Below are positions 25,154 to 35,530 of a stretch of DNA of 38,842 nucleotides, piece after piece. The notes below the pieces were generated by a model that worked only from the letters and a program-made list of their open reading frames with translations, was not told where the DNA came from and did not search any database. This stretch comes from Octopus bimaculoides (Eukaryota). Numbering within the stretch: the stretch's first letter is position 1; every line of letters begins with the position of its first letter. Made by a program: the position numbers and the translations under genes. The stretch covers positions 95,808,298-95,847,139 of the forward strand of contig NC_068984.1 of NCBI RefSeq assembly GCF_001194135.2, given 5' to 3'.

Positions 25154-25230
25154 ACCCTTCGTTAGTTGTTGGCTGTTTTTCTACTCCATATTTTAGGTGA
25201 TGCAAGAAAGGGACAACAAAACATCCAGAT
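25154..25230 (-). ncRNA. Decayed permuted hammerhead, copy 3
   Basis: The - strand reads ATG-TT-TTGTTG ... ACCT-AAAA-TAT ... CAACAA-CTAACGA-AGGGT. Helices I, II and III are retained, but the core is mutated (CTAACGA; GAAA to AAAA). Confidence 0.45.
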
Positions 25231-25339
25231 AGACGATACAAAGAAAACAATGATGAGTCATTCAGAGTTTTCTTTCCTCAGTAGAGTTCCAGATTATATA
25301 TATATATATATATGTGTGTGTGTGAGTGTGTATACATAT

Positions 25340-25660
25340 ACAAATATATATGTGTGTGTGTGTGTATTCCTGTCTTGTTTTTTGTCTGCCATGACATTCC
25401 TCCATGGCAAGATTTAATTTGTGTATACAAATTTAATTTGCGGTCCATGGGAAGAGCTGTTTTAACGATGCATCCTACCTAGCTCTTCGAAACGCCGGTG
25501 TTAAAACGGCGGTAGCTGATGAAGTAGAATGTTCTCTATGTGGCTTGTGTGTTTTCTCGTCTCTGTTTTGGTTGCAATGTCCTGTACCCAGATATGCACC
25601 TATACATACAAGTGGATGTCGGTATGCACATACCTGTACGTATATATGCATATACTCATT
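25340..25660 (+). repeat. Non-autonomous repeat carrying permuted hammerhead copy 1; related copies at about 29590-29990 (-) and 25030-25280 (-)
   Basis: Copies 1 and 2 share the upstream flank ttcctgtcttg...ggaagagct. All three carry a downstream (g/a)tcctgtaccc motif in the same orientation as the ribozyme core. Confidence 0.6.
25451..25527 (+). ncRNA. Candidate non-circularly permuted hammerhead ribozyme, copy 1
   Basis: Strand order: GC(A)-TC-CTACC (25470-25479), then CTCTTC-GAAA-CGC (25483-25495), then GGTAG-CTGATGA-AGTAG (25511-25527). An extra helix CTGTTTTAAC/GTTAAAACGG is present. Confidence 0.65.
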
Positions 25661-27359
25661 TACTATTTGTTTTTACATGATTGAACACAGCGTCTCCAAT
25701 TGTAAGTAGTTTTTCGTAACTTCATATTTTCTGACGCTACTCTATCTNNNNNNNNNNNNNNNNNNNNNNNNNNNNNNNNNNNNNNNNNNNNNNNNNNNNN
25801 NNNNNNNNNNNNNNNNNNNNNNNNNNNNNNNNNNNNNNNNNNNNNNNNNNNNNNNNNNNNNNNNNNNNNNNNNNNNNNNNNNNNNNNNNNNNNNNNNNNN
25901 NNNNNNNNNNNNNNNNNNNNNNNNNNNNNNNNNNNNNNNNNNNNNNNNNNNNNNNNNNNNNNNNNNNNNNNNNNNNNNNNNNNNNNNNNNNNNNNNNNNN
26001 NNNNNNNNNNNNNNNNNNNNNNNNNNNNNNNNNNNNNNNNNNNNNNNNNNNNNNNNNNNNNNNNNNNNNNNNNNNNNNNNNNNNNNNNNNNNNNNNNNNN
26101 NNNNNNNNNNNNNNNNNNNNNNNNNNNNNNNNNNNNNNNNNNNNNNNNNNNNNNNNNNNNNNNNNNNNNNNNNNNNNNNNNNNNNNNNNNNNNNNNNNNN
26201 NNNNNNNNNNNNNNNNNNNNNNNNNNNNNNNNNNNNNNNNNNNNNNNNNNNNNNNNNNNNNNNNNNNNNNNNNNNNNNNNNNNNNNNNNNNNNNNNNNNN
26301 NNNNNNNNNNNNNNNNNNNNNNNNNNNNNNNNNNNNNNNNNNNNNNNNNNNNNNNNNNNNNNNNNNNNNNNNNNNNNNNNNNNNNNNNNNNNNNNNNNNN
26401 NNNNNNNNNNNNNNNNNNNNNNNNNNNNNNNNNNNNNNNNNNNNNNNNNNNNNNNNNNNNNNNNNNNNNNNNNNNNNNNNNNNNNNNNNNNNNNNNNNNN
26501 NNNNNNNNNNNNNNNNNNNNNNNNNNNNNNNNNNNNNNNNNNNNNNNNNNNNNNNNNNNNNNNNNNNNNNNNNNNNNNNATAATATATATATATGAATAT
26601 ATGTATATATATATATATACTGTTTTGTCTGGGGAGAGTCATTTTCTTTTTGTGCCTTATAATTTAACACACTCACCAGTAAAATTTCCACTTATTTCTT
26701 ATTTTCCTAAAATTTTCATTGGGTCTTGCAACCTTTTCAATAGTCTTGACTCTGTCCATTATTTACACTGCGTTCCTGTGTGCATGTGTGTGCCTATGCA
26801 TGCATGCATGTAATAATAAAGTATGCATGTCTGTATGCATATGTATATATGTATGTGTGTGCATCTGTATGTATGTATGTATTCTGCATATTCATGTGCT
26901 TGACTGTCCGTGTTTGTGTATTTTTATGCATGTGTGTGTGCGTGCGTTTGTANNNNNNNNNNTGTATTTTTATGCATGTGTGTGTGCGTGCGTTTGTATA
27001 TGTATGCACCTGTCTCCTTGTGTGTGCATGTCTGAGTGAGTGTGTGTGTGTGTGTGTTTTGCAACTATGTACCGTGTTTGTATGGATGTGCATCTCCATA
27101 TGTGTCTTTGTGTGAAGTAAAGTGTGTGTATATATGGTCATGTGTTTCAGTCTCCATTTGCGTATGTTCTTGTCTGTTCATATAACCTATGTACCTATCC
27201 GTCTGTATGTTGATCTGTTTATTTTCATATCCATATGCTTACATACATCTACTGTTATGTAGATAGATGTATGTATGTGTATACATACATCTATCTACAT
27301 AACAGTCCACTAACTATTCTACTCTACCTGTGTAAACTGTGGGCATGGGGGTATGATAT

Positions 27360-28369
27360 CTACTATGTATATTTCCTATTTAGTATTGGGGAAGTTTCAT
27401 TTATAGGGACGTACTCCCGTATTTGTCTGAGTGTTGGGTCTTTTGGGTGCTTGGATAAGATGTGGATGTCAAGTTGACCCAAGTTACCTCCATGTTGGTA
27501 AAGTATGGAGGACCATTTTTTTGTCGTCATATGTTCATTTAGTTGTTCTGCAATCCTCCTAGATGTCTCCCCTATGTATGTCATGTTCATGTCTTTACAA
27601 GCACCTTCTATGCATCTTATGCTATAAACTACATTTCTAGTTCTACAATTAATGCCAGGGCTAATCCTACATCCCTTGCAGTTATCATTGGTGCATATGG
27701 TATTCTCAAAGGGGTACGTCTTACATAGTTGTGATCTGATGGAGTTCCCTGGCTTTTCAACAATCTTAATGTTGAGTTTGGTGTCTTTCAGAGCTTTTCT
27801 AAATCAACAGGCTTGTTCTCCATGGGCTGTGGCCTCTACAAACATCACTCCTTGATATTTGTCAGTTTTATACCGTGTTCGCCCTGTTTGCTTTGTCACA
27901 AGTTCTTTGTATCCCATTCTATTCTTTGTTTCTATATCTAGGGCAGGTACCACTGGTATCATTACGTATAATGTTATCTAATTTCTTTCTAGCCCCCTGT
28001 ATACTCGAACCCTATCTTTTTGATCATATCCTGAGAATTGCATGCGTAATGGAGAGCATCCAGCAAATAGCTAACTCCATCCACCAAAGTATCAAGGTAA
28101 CTATAGATTACCCCACTAAGCACCCCAACAATAGACTCCCTGTACTTGATACTGAACTTTGGTTAGAGACTGTGAACAATAGAGTGCAGCTCCTCCACTC
28201 CTATTACATCAAACCCATAGCTTCAAAATATGTTGTTCACAAGAACTCAGCTTTGTCACACAACATGAAAATTAACATACTGATAGAAGACTTAGTTAGA
28301 ATAATGAACAATGTGTCCCCACTATGCGAAACCTATGAAATGAATAAACATATACAGAACTTCATGCAC
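27360..28369 (-). mobile_element. Penelope-like element with a 5'-inverted segment (RT thumb on + at 28047-28369; linker plus GIY-YIG on - from 28046 downward)
   Basis: The + strand reads MESIQQIANSIH...LPVLDTELW...YIKPIASKYVVHKNSAL...HIQNFMH. The - strand reads RMQFSGYDQKDRVRVY...VMFVEAT...IKIVEKPG...NVVYSIRC...TYIGETSRRIAEQLNEH. Confidence 0.88.
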
Positions 28370-29550
28370 TACTTTGTTATTTATGTAATCGGTTATCCAT
28401 TAACCAACCATAACAAAGTCATGACCTTTCAAAACAATAGATGACCAATTAGATTACAGGACTGACCATAACCCCCTCCCCACTTCCCACAGGATTTCAG
28501 CAACTCGATAAACAAAAATTAATGGAAAATAATAAAGTATCTTGATTAATACCCAGAAATATATTATTTTTAGTACCAACTAATATCACAGGTATTAATA
28601 TAAAGTCTAACCCACTTATTGTGGACCTTTATCTCAAGCCCTCAGTAGAAAACATGTCGCATGTTTATATGTATACATATATGTTTGTGTATAATTACTA
28701 TAATTATATAAAAAGAAAAATACGAACTACTACAGTAATTCTCCCTTCTCAACACATAAAATACGTATGTACCTATGGGTATGTTTGTACGTAAATATAT
28801 ATATGTGTGTGTATTTATATACCTTTTCATTCCTACAAAACTACAATAATCATAAGATAGATTGATTATTCAAATTCCACTATTATTTCTCTTTCCTCTG
28901 TTTATACTTTATCTAATAAGAATAATATAATACACCTAATAATAATAATTGACTCCTTTGTATGCATATACATATATATATAAATATATAGATATGTATT
29001 TATGTATATGTAAAAGTGTGTATATATGTATATTTATAACTTAACCTAATGAACCTTCTAAACTCTCTGACAAAGCCCAGAGGCACACTCAAGTACCTTA
29101 ATCTTACCTACCAAATACTTCAGTTCACTGAAGGGATGGAAATAAAGTGGGGTACTATGACCTCTTGGCTGAAACAGCTGTAAGAAACTATTCTACTTTC
29201 TATGTTTTATATTTTAATAATTACTGGTATTTTTATATATGTAAAGCATAATATGTTATACATGTATGTATATTGTTGTAACTGTTTTTTTTAAAAAGTA
29301 AATAAACATAATATAATGTCTAAAAGTTGATGAATACCACCTCTTGATCCCCCCCATTTTCTTATTGCCGTATAAATTAAGGGTAAAACAACTTTTCACA
29401 CTCATCCATTTATTACATTCAGTAGTGTAATTGCCATGCAATGAAAAAAAAAACACTTGTGTATTAATAATTGGGTATTCTACCAGCAGTATATTGGGTA
29501 GATATTATCCTTTAGTTGGTTGGATTCACAACCTCTAACTCTCTTGGAAT

Positions 29551-29593
<43 letters not shown>

Positions 29594-29761
29594 CAAATGA
29601 TATGAGTATATGCTTGTATACATACATATATGTACATACCTACATCTACATGTATATATAGATGCATATCCGGGTACAGGACGTCAGAAAAATGAACGGG
29701 AACATAAAACACAAAAACGGACAACAGAACGAACTCATAGGAAAACAGATGAGCCACTTAT

Positions 29762-29845
29762 GGAATTTTTCCTTCATCAGCTGCCTCTATTCTAAACTAG
29801 GCGTTTCGAAGATAAGGCAGAACGCGCTCTTAGAATAGCTCTTCC
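29762..29845 (-). ncRNA. Candidate non-circularly permuted hammerhead ribozyme, copy 2
   Basis: The - strand reads GCG-TT-CTGCC ... TCTTC-GAAA-CGC ... GGCAG-CTGATGA-AGGAA, with an extra helix CTATTCTAA/TTAGAATAG. Helices covary with copy 1. Confidence 0.65.
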
Positions 29846-30319
29846 TGAGTAGTGGATTAACCCACTAAACAGAGGATTCCAAGGTAGCAAACACAAACCA
29901 AGACAGGAAAAATAAGACAGTGAAAACAACATTAAAAGGCTGTAGGGCCAAACGCAATGAGATATTGAACGCTGTGATATGACGAAGCTGATATATATAT
30001 ATGTAGTTAATTCGAGGAAGTCCTGATTAGGGATCATATAATCCAAGGTATTCCACTGGTTGAATTTGTATCATATAATGGTTAAGTCATTTGTATCTGT
30101 TTAGGATTATTAAGATTATTAATAGAGAGGGTAAAACAAGTAGAAGAAAATGGAGAATAAATGGATGTAATTACTGATTTACTTGCATGTTGTAGAAAGA
30201 TAACATCTTTTTAAAAAAACATTACAAATAAATTGGAAGTTGAAAGCTCAAAAAAGTTAAGAAAAAAAACATAAGAACCTACATAAGAATGAATGTGGCA
30301 ATTTTCTTGACATTAAACG

Positions 30320-31340
30320 TTTGGAAACTCCTATCTGCTTGTTGTCCCAAGCTCTCTGACTCCGACAGGATCAGACATGCCCAATTCACTCCAGTGTTGG
30401 AGAGCTTCATCCAACTCCCTGTTGGTACTGGTCCATGTTGGAGAGGAGAGGATGTTGCTCACCAGGGTGGAGCAGGTGTAAGTGGAAGAAAGGAAGCAGA
30501 GGAGAGAGAGGGACAAACACTTTCAAAGACCAAGACCCCCAACTTGCTTGGGCAATGCAGCCTGATCGTGGGATGTTGGAGAGAGCCTGACATTGACCAA
30601 GCATTCGAGTCTCTCAAAGATTAGGTTGTCGAAGTGTTGGAGGTAAGAAGGGAATCGGTGAGAGCAGCTGACTGAGCAAAAATATAGAAGCTTAGGAAAC
30701 GAAAGGTAATTTCTAAGTATGAAGAAACCTTGATGGGGTTCGATTGCTTCTATATTCTTCAGCAATTGCTCTAAAGCAGCCACCTTCTACTGGAAGATAG
30801 ACTCAAAGGCAAGGTCAATAATTGGGGCTCCTAAGGAGCACCAAATAGATGAGGGAGGAACTGCAATGGAAGGGAAGAACTCTGTAAATAGGTCTATAGT
30901 TTGTTGATATTGAGGATCCAGAGCTCACATTTGGAGCTGTTTATTTGGAGACCCTGACAACCAAGCTCCTCAACCATCTTGTTTGCAATGGCCAGAACCC
31001 TGTCTGGAGGTTCCCCCACCAAACAAGCGTCATCGAGATACCAGACGTTGAGGTCTAGCTCGACTCCCCCCTCATCTTGGTGATGTCATCAATGCCCAGT
31101 GCGAATAGACCCGAGTGGGTCGCCCTGTTGGACATCTAAGGTAGAGGTGATGATTTGGTCACCGATAAGCCTGCCATGCAAAGCGGTAGAGTTGTGGAAC
31201 CTTCTCTCTTACTGAGCTGAGGACAGCATCGCGGCTGACGGAGTTGAATGTATTCCTTGGGTCAAGTTTTAGGATGACCTTCGGTGACAAGGAGGACAAG
31301 TTGGTTGCGTGGGCAGCGGCTTCACATCCTAATTTGGTGC
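30320..31340 (-). mobile_element. Degenerate CRE-clade-like non-LTR retrotransposon RT fragment
   Basis: GTKLGCEAAAHA, LKLDPRNTFNSVSR, VQQGDPLG, LFALGI, WYLDD, LRNYLSFPKLLY and AALPKQVGGLGL. Stops and frameshifts are present. Confidence 0.75.
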
Positions 31341-31684
31341 CTAAAAGTAAACATATATTTCGAAAGAGAAATTTATAAATAACTGTAACATGTATTATTT
31401 TTATAAGAAATGTTTTATGCTTAACAATGCAACCTTTATAAGTTAAGTAAATGATGCCACTTAGTAATGAAATCAGAGATGTTTAATTATTTCCTTATTC
31501 GTTTCACTTACTCATTGTAGCCACGTTTATCTTTGTACATTCCCGGCTTCATTTTCAGTTCGACACCTTATGTTTATGAAATGAAAGGCTGCCGAAAATA
31601 TATTTTAAAAATTATGTATTTTTGTTCTTAGGACATGAAAAAAAAATTCTTTCGGTCATTTCTGTTCTAGCGCTATTGCTGCAG

Positions 31685-31933
31685 TAGACCGGAAGTTTGT
31701 GGTGTAGATTTAGTACTATTAAATAGCTATTTCTTCATTTATAAACGAAATATACTTGTTGTAATTAGTTTTCAATATTTTATCTAAAGTTTAGTTTAAA
31801 TCCATATGAGTTTGTTTTGATTTATATCTCAGAAATATCTATAATATTCAGGAACTATTTCTTCTCTAATTAGTTGTTTGCCGGAAGCGTGCTATATCAC
31901 TCTCTTACTCCATCTGTGTTACAGTCTGCAGAC
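31685..31933 (+). promoter_or_regulatory. RPL19 core promoter and 5' UTR, possibly bidirectional
   Basis: ETS/GABP-type motifs ACCGGAAGT (31688-31696) and CCGGAAG (31881-31887). A pyrimidine tract (cactctcttactccatc, about 31898-31914) lies just upstream of the ATG, typical of ribosomal protein TCT/TOP initiators. The TSS itself is inferred. Confidence 0.6.
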
Positions 31934-31938
31934 ATGAG
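31934..31938 (+). CDS. RPL19: 60S ribosomal protein L19, coding exon 1 (ATG AG)
   Basis: gacATGAG|gtgagt: ATG at 31934 followed by a canonical donor at 31939. Joined to exon 2 it gives [11 protein letters not shown], the RPL19 N-terminus. Confidence 0.9.
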
Positions 31939-32785
31939 GTGAGTTTGTCTCTAAGCATTTAAGTTTAAATCCATTATCTATATTGAATAACCTTTCAATA
32001 ATCGTTTATTTATCATATTAGATATCTTAAGTAACACATTCACTGAAAATATGACATGTTCCGTTGGTAATTTAGCCATAGTTAATATGTATACATGTGG
32101 TCGTCTCTCTGCCACGATGTTAAAATGTCTGACAAAATCAAGCATGCTTCTTCATACTACTTTAGCCTGACTGCATTAATTATATTATTTACTTATTTTA
32201 AGTAAAACAATTTATTATTTCACTTTTTTGGTAAGAAACTAATAAAACCCTCTTTAGTTATAGAAAATATTTAAAACCAAACTTCTATTTTTGAAAATAC
32301 CATTGTATTGAACATAAATTTAATATTTGTGGTAAAGTTGAAAAAGCAAATAAAATATTTTTTCATGTAGATGATCAACTCTGCCTCTCATACAGCAGTA
32401 TCTATATCTACCTCTATCTCATCAATCAATCATACCTACACGTGTATATTTAAAATGTCTTGAATAACAGCTTCAGCATTGGCTTCCTATTGAACCCTTT
32501 TGGTAAATTTTTTACAAGTTCACCCATTTTGCCCTCATTGTGGAAAACTTTTTTTTAGAATGTACAGAAATCTCTTGTATAATACTAAACGTGTGTGTGT
32601 GTGAGGTTACACATGTATTGACATAAATACCATATTTTAACGTATATAAGGAATCCCCTAATTTTTGGGGCTTAAAATTTGGAAAAAGGTTTTGTATGGG
32701 ATTATAATACTATCCATGTATAAAAAAACTCCCCATATTTTATTAACCTAATTTTTAACAAAAAGGGTTATACACAAAAATACAG

Positions 32786-33329
32786 GGTACTATTCAAGAA
32801 GAGCGGTCCCGGTGCGCACACTTGCGCATCCGGGCTAGCGAGTCGTGGCTAGTCGATTCTACGACTACTTAGCGCGAGTGCTATTTACGTAAATAATTTA
32901 TTTAAACAAAGTAAATAAATTATACACTACCTGTTTTTGGTAAAGAGTCCATTAAAAAGTTGTTCTTTCAAAATGTACTGGTTGTTCAATGATATCTACA
33001 TGAGGGACCATTACAAGTAATTGTTTTGCGTAACTCCTACCAAATTGGTGGACTTCGGCACATCGTAGAAATAGATGAATCTATGATGTGCAAGCGCAAA
33101 TATAGCGGAGGATGGGATAGAGGATAAAAATAGGCGAAACTTTGTTTAAAAAAGATTATTTACTTTGTTTAAAAAAAAAAACCCTCATACATGTTTTGCG
33201 CATTCGCGCTAGATATTCGTTGTAGTCGCATCTATTTCTGCGCACTCGCGCTAGGTAGTCGTGGGATCGACAAGTCACGACTCGCTTGTGCGAGTGCGCG
33301 CACCGGGAACACTGTTCTTGAATAGTACC
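32786..33329 (+). mobile_element. Non-autonomous Merlin (IS1016/ISXO2-like) DNA transposon in RPL19 intron 1
   Basis: TIRs GGTACTATTCAAGAA.../...TTCTTGAATAGTACC extend imperfectly for about 90 bp with subterminal repeats. The internal remnant QIGGLRHIVEIDESMMCKRKY (from 33041) matches the Merlin IGG...VEIDES...KRKY motif. No clean TSD. Confidence 0.75.
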
Positions 33330-33606
33330 AAATTGTATATAAATACCTGGCATAAATACAGAAAAATTGGCAACTTTATCGTTTGTGTAAAGAATGATTT
33401 TTCTTGCAATCTCATTTCTTCTTTTGTCCTCCTGTAAGATAGTGCTTTTAAAGAACAACTATCGTTAATGATTATGTATTAATTTACATGCGCATAGGTG
33501 TTATATTTTGCATTTTCATTTGTCTAAGATTACGTATACTTGGAATTTTGCTATTAAAATTTCTGAAATTTTGTGTCTTACAATTTCATCCATTTTATAT
33601 TTTTAG

Positions 33607-33713
33607 TAACTTGCGACTACAAAAGCGGCTTGCAGCTGCTGTTCTTAAATGTGGCCGGAATAAAGTGTGGCTTGATCCTAATGAAACTAGTGAAATAGCC
33701 AATGCCAACTCGA
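33607..33713 (+). CDS. RPL19: 60S ribosomal protein L19, coding exon 2 (107 nt)
   Basis: ttttag|TAAC...TCGA|gtaag. Encodes (S)[35 protein letters not shown](R). Splice phases are consistent with exons 1 and 3. Confidence 0.97.
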
Positions 33714-35530
33714 GTAAGAATTTTTTTTTTTTAAAGAGATTTGATACTTTTGGGGAATCTTGAATTTCTTTCAACTACTTTGTTTTTCAAATTTTCACTA
33801 GATTATTTTGCAAAAATGTAGTTCTGATGTAGTTTCGCATGCTGATAATGAAAATCACATTAATTTTTTTTACAAAAATTATTAAGTTAATAGCATTTCA
33901 AGTTAACTAATTTTGGCCAATTGACAGTATCCGTTTGGTGGTATATTGTGTGTGGTGATCTCTATTGACTTAGAGATCAACTCAAAACTTTACATGGAGT
34001 GGTGCTTAAGCGTTGTTTACAATTTTGAGGGTCATAAATTGACTTCAGTTTAAATGTTAATTGTAACACTCAACCAATACTTAAACCACCTTCCTCAAGC
34101 AAGGTACAGTGTTTCATCTTTGTTTTTTTTTACATATGGGAGGTAGTTTAAGGAAGGTTTGGCTGCTATTTCTAGCATGTTGAAACGTTTGTGTTGTTAT
34201 CAGTACAAAAGATACTCTGCCAAATGAAAATTGCTAATTGGCTAAAATTGCATAATTTTAACTGCTGAAAACTTAAATTTCTTGTGGGGTGGGGGTGGAA
34301 GAAAAAAATCAGTGTGCCTTTTGTCTGCAAAACTAACTGATTTGAAAATAATCTGGTGAGAATTTGAAAAACTGGTTGGAAGAAATTTAACAAGACTCCT
34401 TTAGATACTAAAAGTGATAGTGGTTGTAATTTATAATTTTGTGAGTTTAGTTTGAGGTAAATTAATGTTAGGAAAGAATTTTGAAGTTCTCAGTGCATGA
34501 CAATTTGTTATATGTACTGTTTGACAATATGTTAACTTACATTTTATTTCTGGGTTTTAACAATATTTTCATCCCCAGAGTTTTCTCTGACACTTTTGCA
34601 GCTTATTCATTATAAAATTATAGGTTCTTTGTTTGATCAGGGACAACAAACACATGCATGCAAAAATTTCAATATATAGGCATAATTTCAACAGCTCCTC
34701 TTTGTTCATACAAATTAGTTTGTTAGGCATCCATATTGACCAAAAGTCAATGGGAAAAAATAAAAAAAAATAAAAAAACTCAACAAACTTTATACCGAGT
34801 CCTCAAGACATTTTTGGACCTTGCAGACAGTTCAGTTTCTGACCATTCTCCAAACAATATTTAGTCCCAAGTCATTTACTGAAAAATTGGATGGTTTGAA
34901 GCTAAACATTGAGTTTTCTTACTGGTTCTATGAATGTACATAGAAGAAATACATTGCTCTGATTATCAGAGCTAAAGCCTTATCTGCTATTAATTCAGTG
35001 ATTAACTCCAGTTGTCACTAGCCATTTTCCAAAGAAAGTTTCCAGAAAAATAAACTGAAAAAAATTGCAAAATTTAAGCAGATAAATAATACAGAAAAGT
35101 ATTGAAGTATTTTTTTAAAAATCTGAGTTCATAACTAAGGCTGGTTCAATGCAGGTGGTATAGGACTGACAGCTGTGTGGATTATGTCATACAGAATGTT
35201 AAGGAGGAAAAGTGTGGGGCATTATTATACATCAGAGTCCAGTGTCAAAGAAGTATATTTGTTATGGTAATCTCATGCTAAACTTGCTTTATTGAGGGAG
35301 AGGACATTGAAGAGCAAGTCTCTTGTAGATTTTACTATGGATATTGATGGTTACAGAGTAAGGAAGGATTGACACTTTCTCATCTTAGGAGATATTGGAA
35401 GTGGCATGATTGGTGTACAGCTGGCAATGTTAGACGTGGTTCATCTGTAGAAGTAGCAAAAGTCATTTAACACATAATTGTACATTTTGTTGTGAAATAA
35501 AATAATTACTGATTTTGTATCTTATTGCAG

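Noticed and set aside
26685-26750. Possible decayed hammerhead on the - strand downstream of the inverted PLE (ATTGAAAAG-GTTG...CAAT-GAAAATTTTA)
   Set aside because: The core is too degenerate and stem I is not convincing.
30289-30624. 111-aa + strand ORF
   Set aside because: It is the antisense shadow of the CRE-like RT fragment on the - strand.
32560-32785. Possible mariner-type MITE immediately left of the Merlin element
   Set aside because: The termini only loosely resemble such TIRs and the arms do not pair well enough to support a call.
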